DNA of 64,000 nucleotides from Paracoccus sp. (in: a-proteobacteria). GTDB lineage: Bacteria > Pseudomonadota > Alphaproteobacteria > Rhodobacterales > Rhodobacteraceae. Below the pieces are notes generated by a model. The model had not been told where the DNA came from, made no database searches, and saw only the letters and a list, made by a program, of their open reading frames with translations. Shown here one piece after another: positions 1 to 10,974 of this stretch. How positions within the stretch are numbered: the first letter of the stretch is position 1; the number at the start of each line of letters is the position of its first letter. The position numbers and the translations under genes were made by a program. Location: assembly GCF_030538655.1 (NCBI RefSeq), contig NZ_JAUNTO010000009.1, forward strand, positions 12,487-76,486, read 5' to 3'.

Positions 1-978
1 TATTCGACGTGGTTGTCGGGCTTTGCGCTGTTGGCGGTGCTGTATTGGGCGGGGGCGCATCTGTATCTGATCGACCCGGCCAAGGCTGATCTGGCCGTCT
101 GGCAGGCGATCCTGATCTCGGCCGGGTCGCTGGCGGTGGGCTGGCTGATTTATGACACGCTGTGCAAATCCCCCTTGGGCGAGCGTCCGACCGTGCTGAT
201 GTTGCTGCTGTTCGCGGCACTGGTGGTGATGGGTTGGGCTTACGATCAGGTGTTCACGGGCCGCGCCGCGCTGTTGCATCTGGGGGCGTTCACGGCGACG
301 ATCATGACCGCGAATGTGTTCCTGATTATCATGCCGAACCAGCGGATCGTCGTGGCCGACCTCAAGGCCGGGCGCACGCCTGATCCGAAATATGGCAAGA
401 TCGCCAAGCTGCGGTCCACGCATAACAACTATCTGACGTTGCCGGTCATCTTTCTGATGCTGTCGAACCATTATCCGCTTGCCTTTGCCAGTGAATACAA
501 CTGGTTGATTGCGGCGCTGGTGTTTCTGATGGGGGTGACGATCCGGCATTTTTTCAACACCATGCACGCCCGCAAGGGGCTGTTGTGGTGGACATGGGCC
601 GTTACCGCGATGCTGTTTGTGGCGATCATGGCGCTGTCATCTGCCGGGCTGCGGCAGGAAAGCTATGATGCGTCGGCGGCCCGCGCGATGACGGCGGTCG
701 AGGCGCGCTTTGCCGCGGCAGCGGGCTTTGACGATGCGGCGGCGGCGGTGATGGGACGCTGTTCGATGTGCCATGCGCGCGAAACCGGCTATCCCGGCAT
801 TCATCACGCGCCCAAGGGGGTGTTTCTGGAAACCCCCGCCGATGTCGCCCGCCATGCCCGCGCGATTTACCTGCAATCCGGCGTGACCGAGGCCATGCCC
901 CCTGCCAACCTGTCCTTTATGGAGCCGGATGAGCGGGACGCGATCATCCGCTGGTATCGTGCGGCCATGCGGGGATGA
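1..978 (+). CDS. puuD: Urate hydroxylase PuuD-like membrane cytochrome c, 5' partial (starts before the window)
   Basis: Hydrophobic N-terminal segments plus a C-terminal CSMCH (CxxCH haem c) motif. It lies next to xdhABC and guaD. The frame is open to base 1. Confidence 0.55.
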   Translation, partial: YSTWLSGFALLAVLYWAGAHLYLIDPAKADLAVWQAILISAGSLAVGWLIYDTLCKSPLGERPTVLMLLLFAALVVMGWAYDQVFTGRAALLHLGAFTATIMTANVFLIIMPNQRIVVADLKAGRTPDPKYGKIAKLRSTHNNYLTLPVIFLMLSNHYPLAFASEYNWLIAALVFLMGVTIRHFFNTMHARKGLLWWTWAVTAMLFVAIMALSSAGLRQESYDASAARAMTAVEARFAAAAGFDDAAAAVMGRCSMCHARETGYPGIHHAPKGVFLETPADVARHARAIYLQSGVTEAMPPANLSFMEPDERDAIIRWYRAAMRG

Positions 979-990
979 TCCGCCCTAAGG

Positions 991-1084
991 CCGGGGGTCA
1001 CACCCCCATTCGTCGGGGAAAAGGTCCACTGGATCTTTTCCTGACCCTCCTCATCCCGTGGGATATTTAAGGACAGAAGATGCG
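991..1084 (+). repeat. Palindromic repeat family, copy 1 (hairpin CCGGGGGTCACACCCCC, then a 45-nt insert, then tail CCCGTGGGATATTTAAGGACAGAAGATGC)
   Basis: Conserved tail shared with 7 other loci. Lies after the puuD stop and before xdhA. Confidence 0.6.
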
Positions 1085-1144
1085 GCAGGTTGTGTTCGGG
1101 GGGCGATGCGGCAAAGCTGGGCAGGTGATGGAAAGAAGCAGGTC

Positions 1145-2602
1145 ATGGGCGCGCTGAGATTTGTTCTGAATGATGATGACGTGGTGCTGGATCAGGTCGG
1201 CGCGCGCGACATGCTGCTGGATTTTTTGCGGCTGGACCGACGGCTGACCGGCACCAAAGAGGGCTGCGCCGAGGGGGACTGTGGCGCCTGCACCGTGCTG
1301 GTGGGGCGGATCACCGGCGCGGGGCTGGTTTACGAGCCGGTGAACGCCTGCATCCGGCTGCTGGCATCCTGCCATGGCTGCCATATCGTGACGGTTGAAC
1401 ATCTGCGTGGTGCGGGCGGCGGGCTGCATCCGGTGCAGCAGGCGCTGGTGGATCATCATGGCAGTCAGTGCGGGTTTTGCACGCCGGGCTTTGTCATGGC
1501 GCTGTATGCTTGGTGGCTGAGCGGCGCGGGTGGCGGTGAAACCGGGGTCGAGACCGCCTTGCAGGGCAATCTGTGCCGCTGCACCGGCTATGCGCCGATC
1601 ATCCGCGCGGCGCTGACTGTCGCGGCGGCGTGCGGGCAGGATGCGGATGCGCTGGCCAAGGGCCGCGAGTCGATGGCGGCGCGGCTGGCGGCGATCCCGC
1701 GCGGGCGGGTGGATGTGTCGCGCGGTGACGACCGGGCGATCATTCCCGCCGATACCGACGATCTGGCTGCGCTGTTGCTGGATCATCCGCAGGCGACCAT
1801 CGTTGCGGGGGCCACCGATGTCGGGCTGTGGGTGACGAAATTCCTGCGCGACATTTCCCCCGCCATTCTGATCGGCCATCTGCTGAAGGACATCGAGGTC
1901 GGTCCCGACAGTCCCGAGATCCGGCTTGGCGCGGGCGTCACCTATGCCGAGGCGCTGCCGCTGATCCTGCGCGACTTTCCCATGCTGCGGGATTACTGGC
2001 TGCGGATCGGCGGGGCGCAGGTGCGCGCCATGGGCACCATCGGTGGCAATATCGCCAATGGCTCGCCCATTGGTGACACGCCGCCGCTGCTGATGGCGCT
2101 TGGCGCGCAGATCGTGTTGCGGCGGGGTGATATGCGGCGGCGGGTGGCGGTGACGGATTTCTTTATCGACTATGGTCAGCAGGACCGTGCACCGGGCGAG
2201 TTTGTGGAACAGATCATCATCCCCCGGCCCGGCCCGGACGCGCGGCTGGCGGCCTATAAGGTCAGCAAGCGGTCGCATTCGGACATCACCTCGGTTGCGG
2301 CGGGGTTCCGGGTGGATGTGCAGGATGGTGTTGTGACCGATGCCGTGCTGGCCTTTGGCGGCATGGCGGGGGTGCCGAAACGCGCCGCGGCGGCCGAGGC
2401 GGCCCTGCGCGGCCAGCCCTTTGCCGAGGCCGCGTTTCTTGCCGCCGCCGCTGCCATCGCGGGCGATTTCACCCCGATGACCGACATGCGTGCCAGTGCC
2501 GCCTATCGCGCGCAGGTGGCGGCCAATCTGATCCGGCGGTTCTGGCTGGAGCAGTCGGGGCAAGCCATGCCGCCGGTGCGGCTGGAGGAGGTGTTGCCAT
2601 GA
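1145..2602 (+). CDS. xdhA: Xanthine dehydrogenase small subunit (2Fe-2S/FAD), XdhA
   Basis: Cys clusters CAEGDCGACTV and CGFCTPG, plus an FAD-binding region. An upstream ATG at 1082 lies inside a repeat element, so 1145 (or 1106) was preferred as the start. Confidence 0.8.
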   Translation: MGALRFVLNDDDVVLDQVGARDMLLDFLRLDRRLTGTKEGCAEGDCGACTVLVGRITGAGLVYEPVNACIRLLASCHGCHIVTVEHLRGAGGGLHPVQQALVDHHGSQCGFCTPGFVMALYAWWLSGAGGGETGVETALQGNLCRCTGYAPIIRAALTVAAACGQDADALAKGRESMAARLAAIPRGRVDVSRGDDRAIIPADTDDLAALLLDHPQATIVAGATDVGLWVTKFLRDISPAILIGHLLKDIEVGPDSPEIRLGAGVTYAEALPLILRDFPMLRDYWLRIGGAQVRAMGTIGGNIANGSPIGDTPPLLMALGAQIVLRRGDMRRRVAVTDFFIDYGQQDRAPGEFVEQIIIPRPGPDARLAAYKVSKRSHSDITSVAAGFRVDVQDGVVTDAVLAFGGMAGVPKRAAAAEAALRGQPFAEAAFLAAAAAIAGDFTPMTDMRASAAYRAQVAANLIRRFWLEQSGQAMPPVRLEEVLP

Positions 2603-4875
2603 TCGGGCGCGATCTGCCGCATGAATCCGCCGCCCTGCATGTGACGGGCCGGGCCGGATATACCGACGATCTGCCGCTGCCCGCCGATGCGCTGCACGCC
2701 TGCCTGGGGCTGTCGGATTGCGCGCATGGCCGGATCACCCGGCTTGATCTGGAGGCGGTGCGGGCTGCGCCGGGGGTGGTCGGCGTGCTGACGGCGGCGG
2801 ATGTGCCGGGTGTCAATGACGTGTCACCGGGCGGACAGGGCGACGACCCGATCTTTGCCGATGGGGTGGTGCAGTTCTGGGGGCAGCCGCTGTTTGCCGT
2901 CATCGCGCAGACCCGCGATCAGGCCCGCCGCGCGGCGCGTCTGGCGCAGGTGGATTACGACCCGCTGCCACATGTGCTGACCGCGCAAGCGGCTCGGACG
3001 GCGGATGCCGACTATGTCACCGCGCCGCTGACCCTGCGGCGCGGGAACGCCGAGACCGACATGGCCCGCGCCCCGCATCGCATATCCGGGCGCATGGAAA
3101 TCGGCGGGCAGGATCACTTTTATCTGGAAGGGCAGATCGCCCTTGCCCTGCCGGGTGAGGGGGACGAGGTATCCCTGCATGTGTCCACCCAGCACCCCAG
3201 CGAGGTGCAGCATATGGTCGCCCATGCGCTGAACGTGGCCAGCCATGCGGTAACGGTCTCGGTGCGGCGGATGGGGGGCGGCTTTGGCGGCAAGGAAACG
3301 CAGATGAACCTGTTCGCCTGCGTTGCGGCCATTGCCGCGAAGCGGTTTGGCCGGGCGGTGAAAATTCGCCCCGACCGTGACGATGACATGACCGCCACCG
3401 GCAAACGGCATGATTTCGTGGTGGATTATCAGATAGGCTTTGACGATCAGGGCCGGATTGCCGCCGTTCAGGCCGATCTGGCCGCGCGCTGTGGCTTTTC
3501 GGCGGATCTGTCGGGGCCGGTGACGGATCGGGCGCTGTTTCATGTGGATAACGCCTATTTCTATCCCTCGGTTCGGCTGTCCAGCCATCCGATGCGCACG
3601 AATACGGTCAGCAACACCGCCTTTCGCGGCTTTGGCGGCCCGCAAGGCGTGCTGACCGCCGAACGCATGATCGAGGAAATCGCCTATGCCACGGGCCGTG
3701 ACACGCTGGCGGTGCGGCGCGCCAACCTGTATCGCCCCGGCGACCTGACCCCCTATCACCAGCAGATCGAGGATGACCTGCTGCCCGGCCTGTTCGATCA
3801 GCTGGAACAGGGCTGCGATTACGCCGCCCGGCGGCAGGCGGTGCTGGACTGGAATTCACGGGGCGGAGTGATCCGGCGCGGTATCGCGCTGACTCCGGTC
3901 AAGTTCGGGATCAGCTTTACCGCGACGCATTTCAATCAGGCCGGGGCCTTGGTGCATGTCTATGCCGACGGGTCCATCGCGCTGAACCACGGTGGCACGG
4001 AAATGGGGCAGGGGCTGCACACCAAGGTGGCGCAGGTGGTGGCCGATGCGTTCCAATGCCCGCTGGACCGGGTGCGGATCACCGCCACATCCACCGGCAA
4101 GGTGCCCAATACCTCGGCCACGGCGGCGTCCAGTGGCACCGACCTGAACGGCATGGCGGCGTTGGATGCCGCTGACCAGATCAAGGCGCGGCTGGTGGCC
4201 TTTGTCGCCGAGCGCTGGCAGTGCCCGCCGGATCAGGTGCGCTTTGCGCCGGGGCAGATCATGGCGGGCGATACGGCGATTCCGTGGGAACAGGCGATCC
4301 GCGCCGCCTATATGGCGCGGGTGCATCTGTCGGCGGCGGGGTTTTACAAGACGCCAAAGATCCACTGGGACCGGGCCACGGGCAAGGGGCGTCCGTTCTA
4401 TTACTTTGCCTGCGGTGTCGCCTGTTCCGAAGTGGCGGTGGATACGCTGACCGGCGAATATCGTATCCTGCGCGCCGACATTCTGCATGATGTGGGCCGC
4501 AGCCTGAACCCGGCGCTGGACATCGGCCAGATCGAAGGGGCCTTTGTGCAGGGCGCGGGCTGGCTGACCAGCGAGGAACTGTGGTGGTCTGATGACGGAC
4601 GGCTGCGCACGCATGCGCCTTCGACCTACAAGATACCGCTGGCATCCGACCGCCCGCGCGTCTTTAACGTGATGCTGGCCGATACCGTCAATGCCGAACC
4701 GACCGTGGGCCGGTCCAAGGCGGTGGGCGAGCCGCCCTTCATGCTGGGTATTTCCGTGTTCGAGGCGATCGGCCATGCTGTGGCTTCGGTTGCGGATTAC
4801 CGCCGCGCGCCGCGTCTGGATGCGCCCGCCACGCCGGAACGGGTGCTGATGGCCATCGAACGGTTGCGCCGATGA
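2599..4875 (+). CDS. xdhB: Xanthine dehydrogenase molybdopterin-binding large subunit, XdhB
   Basis: 758 aa aldehyde-oxidase/xanthine-dehydrogenase a/b hammerhead and MoCo-binding signature. The start overlaps the xdhA stop (ATGA). Confidence 0.85.
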   Translation: MIGRDLPHESAALHVTGRAGYTDDLPLPADALHACLGLSDCAHGRITRLDLEAVRAAPGVVGVLTAADVPGVNDVSPGGQGDDPIFADGVVQFWGQPLFAVIAQTRDQARRAARLAQVDYDPLPHVLTAQAARTADADYVTAPLTLRRGNAETDMARAPHRISGRMEIGGQDHFYLEGQIALALPGEGDEVSLHVSTQHPSEVQHMVAHALNVASHAVTVSVRRMGGGFGGKETQMNLFACVAAIAAKRFGRAVKIRPDRDDDMTATGKRHDFVVDYQIGFDDQGRIAAVQADLAARCGFSADLSGPVTDRALFHVDNAYFYPSVRLSSHPMRTNTVSNTAFRGFGGPQGVLTAERMIEEIAYATGRDTLAVRRANLYRPGDLTPYHQQIEDDLLPGLFDQLEQGCDYAARRQAVLDWNSRGGVIRRGIALTPVKFGISFTATHFNQAGALVHVYADGSIALNHGGTEMGQGLHTKVAQVVADAFQCPLDRVRITATSTGKVPNTSATAASSGTDLNGMAALDAADQIKARLVAFVAERWQCPPDQVRFAPGQIMAGDTAIPWEQAIRAAYMARVHLSAAGFYKTPKIHWDRATGKGRPFYYFACGVACSEVAVDTLTGEYRILRADILHDVGRSLNPALDIGQIEGAFVQGAGWLTSEELWWSDDGRLRTHAPSTYKIPLASDRPRVFNVMLADTVNAEPTVGRSKAVGEPPFMLGISVFEAIGHAVASVADYRRAPRLDAPATPERVLMAIERLRR

Positions 4876-5612
4876 TCCGGGTGCGGATCGAGACGGCGCA
4901 GGGGTCCACCCCGCGCGAGGCGGGGGCGGTGATGATCGTCACCACCGATGCCACGCAGGGCAGCATTGGCGGTGGCGCGCTGGAATATATGGCCATCGAC
5001 CGCGCCCGGCAGATGCTGGGACAAGGCGAAACCCGCGCCCGGATGGATGTGCCGTTGGGGCCAGAGATCGGCCAGTGCTGTGGCGGCCGCCTCACCCTGT
5101 CGCTGACCGCCGTCGATGTGATGCCGCCCGAACCGCCGCGCCCCGAGGTGCTGATCTTTGGCGCCGGGCATGTGGGCCGTGCCCTGGCCCGCGCGCTGGC
5201 GCTGTTGCCGCTGGCCCCGGTGTTGATCGACAGCCGCGCCGATGAGTTGGCGCTTGCGCCCGGTCTGCCCGCGCGGCTGACCCCCTTGCCCGAGGCCGAG
5301 ATCCGCGCCGCCCGCCCCGGCAGCGCCGTGGTGATCGCCACCCACGGTCACGCGCTGGATTTTCTGCTGGCGGCCGAGGCGCTGGCCCGTGCCGACCTGC
5401 CTTATATCGGCATGATCGGCAGCGCCACGAAACGCGCCCAGTTCCACCGCTTTGCCCGCGCGCGCGGCATCGACCCGGCCCAACTGACCTGCCCCATCGG
5501 CGCGGGCGGGTCGCCTGACAAACGGCCGGCAGTCATTGCCGCGATGACCGCCGCTGAAATCATCACCACCCTGAACGCGTCTTGCCTGAAGAAATACCCA
5601 TGCGACATCTGA
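4872..5612 (+). CDS. xdhC: Xanthine dehydrogenase accessory/chaperone protein XdhC
   Basis: XdhC/CoxI family N-terminus (TPREAGAVMIV...GSIGGGALE) and a Rossmann-like C-terminus. Translationally coupled to xdhB. Confidence 0.7.
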   Translation: MIRVRIETAQGSTPREAGAVMIVTTDATQGSIGGGALEYMAIDRARQMLGQGETRARMDVPLGPEIGQCCGGRLTLSLTAVDVMPPEPPRPEVLIFGAGHVGRALARALALLPLAPVLIDSRADELALAPGLPARLTPLPEAEIRAARPGSAVVIATHGHALDFLLAAEALARADLPYIGMIGSATKRAQFHRFARARGIDPAQLTCPIGAGGSPDKRPAVIAAMTAAEIITTLNASCLKKYPCDI

Positions 5613-6877
5613 TCCGGGGCCGAGTCCTTGGCTTTCACGCCGACCCCGCCGATACGGCGGATAACCACCGTTACCACCCCGACGGGGCGGTGATCCTTGC
5701 CGATGGCCGGATCGAGGCCGTGGGTGATTACGCCGATCTGCGCGCTGACGGTCTGCCCGAAACCGATCATCGGCCGCATCTGATCCTGCCGGGCTTTATC
5801 GACCCGCATATCCATTTCCCGCAGATTCAGGTGATCGCCAGTTGGGCGCGGCAATTGCTGGACTGGCTGAACGATTACACTTTTCCGGCGGAATCGGAAT
5901 ATGCCGATCCGGTCCATGCGACGCGGATGGCGGGGCTGTTTCTGGATCAGATGATCGCCCATGGCACCACCAGCGCCGCCGCCTTTTGTTCCGTCCACAA
6001 AACCAGCGCCGAGGCGCTGTTCACCGCCGCCGAGGCGCGCAATATGGCGATGATCGCCGGTAAGGTGATGATGGACCGCAACGCCATCCCCGCCGTTCAC
6101 GACACCGCGCAAGCCAGCTATGACGACAGTGCCGCGCTGATCCGTGACTGGCACGGGCGCGGGCGGCTGCGCTATGCGATCACACCGCGCTTTGCGATCA
6201 CCTCGACCCCGGAACAGCTTGACGCGGCGGGGGCCTTGGCGCGGGAAAACCCCGCTTGCCATATCCAGACGCATCTGTCTGAAAATCACGACGAAATCGC
6301 CTATACCCTGTCGCTGTATCCGCAGGCGCGGGATTATCTGGACATCTATGACCAGTATGGCCTGCTGGGGCCGCGCAGCCTGATGGGCCATTGCCTGCAT
6401 CTGACCCCGCGTGAAATCGCCCGGATGGCTGAAACCGGCTGCCGGGCGATTTTCTGCCCGACCTCGAATCTGTTTCTGGGGTCGGGCCTGTTCGATCAGG
6501 CGGGCCTGCGTGCGGCGGGAATCACCACCGGCATTGCCAGTGATGTCGGCGGCGGCACCAGCTTTTCCATGCTGCAAACCATGGCCGAGGGTTACAAGGT
6601 GCAGCAGATGCACCGCCACCGGATGCACCCCTTTGCGACCTTCCACTGGGCCACGCGCGGCAATGCCATCGCCCTTGGGATCGAGGATCGTATCGGCACG
6701 CTGGCCCCCGGCAGCGACGCCGATCTGGTGGTGCTGAATGCCCGCGCCACCCCCGCCATGGCGCTGCGGATGGAACGGGCCGAAACGCTGGCCGAGGAAT
6801 TATTCGTTCTGCAAACCATGGGCGATGATCGTGCGGTGGCGGAAACCTATGTTGCGGGCCGGGCGATGAAGCGCTGA
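5600..6877 (+). CDS. guaD: Guanine deaminase
   Basis: PGFIDPHIHFPQ metal-binding motif of amidohydrolase-family guanine deaminases. Start chosen at MRHLIRG (5582 is an alternative). Confidence 0.75.
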   Translation: MRHLIRGRVLGFHADPADTADNHRYHPDGAVILADGRIEAVGDYADLRADGLPETDHRPHLILPGFIDPHIHFPQIQVIASWARQLLDWLNDYTFPAESEYADPVHATRMAGLFLDQMIAHGTTSAAAFCSVHKTSAEALFTAAEARNMAMIAGKVMMDRNAIPAVHDTAQASYDDSAALIRDWHGRGRLRYAITPRFAITSTPEQLDAAGALARENPACHIQTHLSENHDEIAYTLSLYPQARDYLDIYDQYGLLGPRSLMGHCLHLTPREIARMAETGCRAIFCPTSNLFLGSGLFDQAGLRAAGITTGIASDVGGGTSFSMLQTMAEGYKVQQMHRHRMHPFATFHWATRGNAIALGIEDRIGTLAPGSDADLVVLNARATPAMALRMERAETLAEELFVLQTMGDDRAVAETYVAGRAMKR

Positions 6878-7307
6878 GGGCGCGTCGGAAAGAGGCTGCT
6901 GATCGCCGGAGTGTTCGTTGTCGCTGTCGGCTGGCCTGCGCGTGGATACCGGCGACCCGATCAGCGGGATGACCGATCCCCCACCCGCGCGATTGCGACG
7001 GTCTGCCTGGCGGGGCGCGGGCCTTGCCGCAGACGGCTTGACGGATCGCCGCTGGACCCGGACGCGTCATTGCGTCTGTATCGGGCGGGGAAATACCCGC
7101 TCTATCATCCGCGGGGCGCACATGGGGATCCTGTCATCATTATGGGCCACCCGAGCGTGCCGAGGATGTGGCGCCGGTGGTCTGGCAATGTTACGACAGC
7201 ATCACCCCGGCCAGATCGCGCGTCATCTCATGCCGCCCTGATCCGCGCCCCTTGGCCTGCGCGGTGTTTTCCGTTATCGCCACCAGCGGACAATCAAAGG
7301 GCTGACC

Positions 7308-8480
7308 GTGTTCTATCCGCTGGCCACAACCACATGGGATCAGGCCGAAACCGACGCGTTGCACGACGTGATCGGCTCGGGCCGGTTCACCATGGGCGAG
7401 CGTGTCGCCGCCTTCGAGGCGGGTTTTGCCGCGCATTTCGGGGCGCGGTTCGCGGTGATGGTGTCATCCGGGTCGGCGGCCAATCTGCTGGGGCTGGCGG
7501 CGGCGTTTTATCACCCCGATCTGGGCTGGCGGACGGGGGATGAGGTGATCGTTCCGGCGGTCAGCTGGTCCACCACCTATTTCCCGGTCAGTCAGATGGG
7601 GCTGCGGCTGCGGTTTGTGGATGTGCAGCCCGATACGCTGAATATCGATGCGGATCAGGTGGCAGCGGCGATCACCCCGCGCACCCGCGCCGTGCTGGCG
7701 GTGAACCTGCTGGGCAACCCCGCCGCACTGACCCGGCTGCGCGCGATCTGCGACGATGCGGGGCTGGTGCTGATCGAGGATAATTGCGAATCCATGGGTG
7801 CGCGGCTGGACGGGCGCGCGGCGGGGACGTTCGGGCTGTTCGGCACGTTTTCGATGTTTTTCTCGCATCATATCTGCACGATGGAAGGGGGAGTTGTGCT
7901 GACCGATGACCGCCGCCTGTATGACAATATGCTGTCCCTGCGTGCCCACGGCTGGACGCGCGGCCTGCCAGCTGACACGCATCTGCCCGTTGATCCCGAC
8001 CCGTTCGCGGCGCAGTTCCGCTTTGTGCTGCCCGGCTGGAACCTGCGCCCGCTGGAAATGTCGGGCGCGGTGGGGCTGACACAACTGGCCAAGCTGGATG
8101 GCTTCGTGGCGGCGCGGCGCGCGAATGCCGCGCAGTTTCAGCGCCTGTTCGCCGGGCATCCTGATGTGGATATTCAGGTCGAAACCGGCGAATCGTCGTG
8201 GTTCGGCTTTGCCCTGTTGCTGAAGGGCGCGCTGGCCGGGCGGCGGGCGGAACTGGTTGGGGCGCTGACAGCAGCGGGCATCGAATCGCGGCCCATTGTC
8301 GCCGGAAATTTCCTGAAAAACCCGGTGATCGCGTATCTGGATCACATCGCAGCCCCTGCCCCCGTTGCCGACCGGATCGACAGCGACGGGTTGTTCACCG
8401 GCAATCACCATTACCCGATTACCGCACAGCTTGACCGGCTGGCGCAGGTGATCGACGCCGTGGCAATGGGCAGGGCATGA
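7308..8480 (+). CDS. DegT/DnrJ/EryC1 family enzyme, ColD/E1-like hexose 3-dehydratase candidate (His replaces the PLP lysine)
   Basis: Aminotransferase fold motifs [13 protein letters not shown] and [15 protein letters not shown]. The conserved Lys position is His. Followed by gmd, manC and fcl with 4-nt overlaps. Confidence 0.55.
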   Translation: MFYPLATTTWDQAETDALHDVIGSGRFTMGERVAAFEAGFAAHFGARFAVMVSSGSAANLLGLAAAFYHPDLGWRTGDEVIVPAVSWSTTYFPVSQMGLRLRFVDVQPDTLNIDADQVAAAITPRTRAVLAVNLLGNPAALTRLRAICDDAGLVLIEDNCESMGARLDGRAAGTFGLFGTFSMFFSHHICTMEGGVVLTDDRRLYDNMLSLRAHGWTRGLPADTHLPVDPDPFAAQFRFVLPGWNLRPLEMSGAVGLTQLAKLDGFVAARRANAAQFQRLFAGHPDVDIQVETGESSWFGFALLLKGALAGRRAELVGALTAAGIESRPIVAGNFLKNPVIAYLDHIAAPAPVADRIDSDGLFTGNHHYPITAQLDRLAQVIDAVAMGRA

Positions 8481-9550
8481 CGAAACGCGCGCTGATAACC
8501 GGCATCACCGGGCAGGACGGCAGCTATCTGGCCGAACTGCTGCTGGCCAAGGGATACGAGGTTCACGGGATCAAGCGCCGGTCCTCCAGCTTTAACACCG
8601 GGCGGATCGACCATCTGTCGATTGATCCGCATTCCGGCAGCCGCCTGCATCTGCATTACGGCGATATGGTTGACGCCACGACGCTGACCCGCATCATCGC
8701 CGACACCCGCCCGGACGAGATCTATAACCTTGCCGCGCAAAGCCATGTCCGCGTCAGCTTTGATCAGCCCGAATATACCGCCGAGGTGGATGCCATCGGC
8801 CCCCTGCGGATGCTGGAGGCGATCCGCCTGCTGGGGATGGCGGATCAGGTGCGGTTTTATCAGGCGTCCACATCCGAACTGTATGGCGGGCAACAGGGCG
8901 GCGCGCTGGACGAGGACACGCCCTTTGCCCCCCGGTCCCCTTATGCGGCGGCCAAGCTGTATGCGTTCTGGACCGTGCGGAATTACCGCGAGGGCTATGG
9001 GATGCACGCCAGTAACGGCATCCTGTTCAACCACGAAAGCCCGCGCCGCGGCGAAACCTTTGTCACCCGCAAGATCAGCCGGGCGGTGGCGGCGATTTCT
9101 CTGGGTCTGCAAGATACGCTGTATCTGGGCAATCTGGATGCGCTGCGCGACTGGGGCCATGCCCGCGATTATGCCGAAGGAATGTGGCTGATGTTGCAGC
9201 AAGATCAGCCCGGAGATTATGTTCTGGCCACCGGGGAATGTCATTCGGTGCGCGATTTCTGCCGCCTTGCTTTTGCGCAGGTGGGCATCTCGCTGGACTG
9301 GCGCGGGCAGGGCGTGGACGAGACGGGCCATGACGCCGACACCGGCGAAACCCTGATCCGCATTGATCCGGTTTACTTCCGCCCGACCGAGGTGCCACGG
9401 CTTTTAGGCAATCCGTCGCGCGCACGGGAACGTCTGGGCTGGACGCACCGCACCGATTTTGCGAATTTGGTCGCCGAAATGGTGGCCGAGGACCGGCGCC
9501 TGCTGGAATCAGAGCGGCTGGCACGCCGCACATTCGGAGTTCTGGAATGA
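8477..9550 (+). CDS. gmd: GDP-mannose 4,6-dehydratase
   Basis: [18 protein letters not shown]-terminus and the canonical Gmd short-chain dehydrogenase fold. Confidence 0.85.
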   Translation: MTKRALITGITGQDGSYLAELLLAKGYEVHGIKRRSSSFNTGRIDHLSIDPHSGSRLHLHYGDMVDATTLTRIIADTRPDEIYNLAAQSHVRVSFDQPEYTAEVDAIGPLRMLEAIRLLGMADQVRFYQASTSELYGGQQGGALDEDTPFAPRSPYAAAKLYAFWTVRNYREGYGMHASNGILFNHESPRRGETFVTRKISRAVAAISLGLQDTLYLGNLDALRDWGHARDYAEGMWLMLQQDQPGDYVLATGECHSVRDFCRLAFAQVGISLDWRGQGVDETGHDADTGETLIRIDPVYFRPTEVPRLLGNPSRARERLGWTHRTDFANLVAEMVAEDRRLLESERLARRTFGVLE

Positions 9551-10974
9551 GTAACGATATTATCCCCGTGTTGTTGGCGGGCGGGTCTGGCACCCGTCTT
9601 TGGCCGGTGTCGCGCAAAAGTTTCCCCAAACAATTCGCCCATCTGACCGGCGATTTTTCGCTGTTTCAGGATTCGGCGCGGCGGTTGTCGGGCGTGGGCT
9701 ATGCCGCGCCGGTGGTGATGACCGGGGCTGATTTCCGCTTTATCGTGGCGGAACAGCTGGATCAGATCGGCATGACGCCCGACGCCATCGTGATCGAACC
9801 CTCGCCCCGCAACACCGCCCCGGCGGTTCTGGCGGCGGCGCTGATGGCGGCGCGGCGTGACCCCAAGGCGCTGTTGCTGGTCGCGCCAAGCGATCACGTG
9901 ATCCCTGATGCGGCGGCCTTTCGCGCGGCGGTGGAAACCGGCGCGGTGGCGGCGCGGGATGGCAAGATCGTCACCTTTGGCATCACCCCGACCCGGCCCG
10001 AGACGGGTTACGGTTATCTTGAGGTTGCAGGTTCTGGCGATGGCGCGCTGCCGCTGCGGCGGTTCGTGGAAAAGCCCGATGCGGCGCGCGCGGCGGAAAT
10101 GCTGGCCGAGGGCAATTACCTGTGGAACGCGGGGATTTTCCTGTTTGCGGCCGATACGATGATTCAGGCCTTCCGCGACCATGCGCCTGCCTATCTGGAA
10201 CCCGTGCAGGCAGCCGTGGATCAGGCGCAGACGGACTTGGGCTTTTTGCGGCTGGCGGCGGACCCGTGGAACGGGCTGGGCGATGAATCCATCGACTATG
10301 CGGTGATGGAAAAGGCCGGGAATCTGGCCGTGGTCGCCTATTCCGCGCATTGGTCGGACTTGGGCGGCTGGGATGCCGTCTGGCGCGAGGAGCAGGGCGA
10401 TACCCCCGCCGAACGCGGTGTGGTGACGGATGACCAATCGACCGCGATTGACTGTGACAATGTGCTGCTGCGCTGTGAGCATGACGATTTTCAGGTCGTC
10501 GGCATCGGTCTGCGCGATGTGATGGTCGTCGCCACCAATGACGCCGTTCTGGTCGCCGACATGAACCGCGCGCAGGATGTGCGGCAGGCGGTATCGGCAC
10601 TCAAGGCCAAGGGCGCTAAACAGGCTGAATCATTCCGCCGTGATCATCGCCCCTGGGGCTGGTTCGAAACGCTGGCGCTGGACGACCGTTTTCAGGTCAA
10701 GCGCATCGTGGTCAAACCCGGCGCGGCGCTGTCGCTGCAAAGCCATGTTCACCGCGCCGAACATTGGGTCGTCGTCAGCGGCACCGCGCGGGTGACGGTC
10801 GATGACAAGGTGACGCTGGTGACGGAAAACCAGTCGATTTATGTGCCGCTTGGCTCGGTCCACCGGATGGAAAACCCCGGCAAGGTGCCGATGGTGCTGA
10901 TCGAGGTGCAGACCGGCGCCTATCTGGGCGAGGATGACATCATTCGCTACGAAGACGTTTACGCGCGCAGCTGA
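9547..10974 (+). CDS. manC: Mannose-1-phosphate guanylyltransferase / mannose-6-phosphate isomerase
   Basis: Nucleotidyltransferase N-terminal domain with [11 protein letters not shown], plus a C-terminal cupin. Confidence 0.8.
   Translation: MSNDIIPVLLAGGSGTRLWPVSRKSFPKQFAHLTGDFSLFQDSARRLSGVGYAAPVVMTGADFRFIVAEQLDQIGMTPDAIVIEPSPRNTAPAVLAAALMAARRDPKALLLVAPSDHVIPDAAAFRAAVETGAVAARDGKIVTFGITPTRPETGYGYLEVAGSGDGALPLRRFVEKPDAARAAEMLAEGNYLWNAGIFLFAADTMIQAFRDHAPAYLEPVQAAVDQAQTDLGFLRLAADPWNGLGDESIDYAVMEKAGNLAVVAYSAHWSDLGGWDAVWREEQGDTPAERGVVTDDQSTAIDCDNVLLRCEHDDFQVVGIGLRDVMVVATNDAVLVADMNRAQDVRQAVSALKAKGAKQAESFRRDHRPWGWFETLALDDRFQVKRIVVKPGAALSLQSHVHRAEHWVVVSGTARVTVDDKVTLVTENQSIYVPLGSVHRMENPGKVPMVLIEVQTGAYLGEDDIIRYEDVYARS

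Noticed and set aside
1058-1144. Upstream extension of xdhA starting at ATG 1082 (track start 1058)
   Set aside because: That ATG lies inside the conserved tail of the repeat element (AGAAGATGC), and the extension has no similarity to XdhA N-termini. The start at 1145 (or 1106) was preferred.
1067-2563. Long antisense or alternative-frame ORFs throughout (e.g. 1067..2563-, 2824..3759-, 3856..4776-, 5402..6646-, 7464..8411-, 8411..9331-, 9373..10482-, 11816..13498-, 14934..16400-, 20635..21975+, 20814..21917-, 28561..30765+, 30618..31631+, 34160..35536-, 39273..40418+, 40799..42619-, 44601..45761-, 45412..46536-, 53923..54987-, 58332..60161+)
   Set aside because: Each overlaps a well-supported gene on the other strand or in another frame. 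Their translations are Arg/Pro/Gly-rich low-complexity sequence, as expected for stop-codon-poor frames in ~67% GC DNA. None has a recognisable motif.
6878-7307. Small ORFs in the guaD-colD intergenic region (6911..7543, 6918..7241)
   Set aside because: These are low-complexity Arg/Gly-rich translations without an RBS or any conserved motif. The region is more likely a promoter or leader for the deoxyhexose operon.
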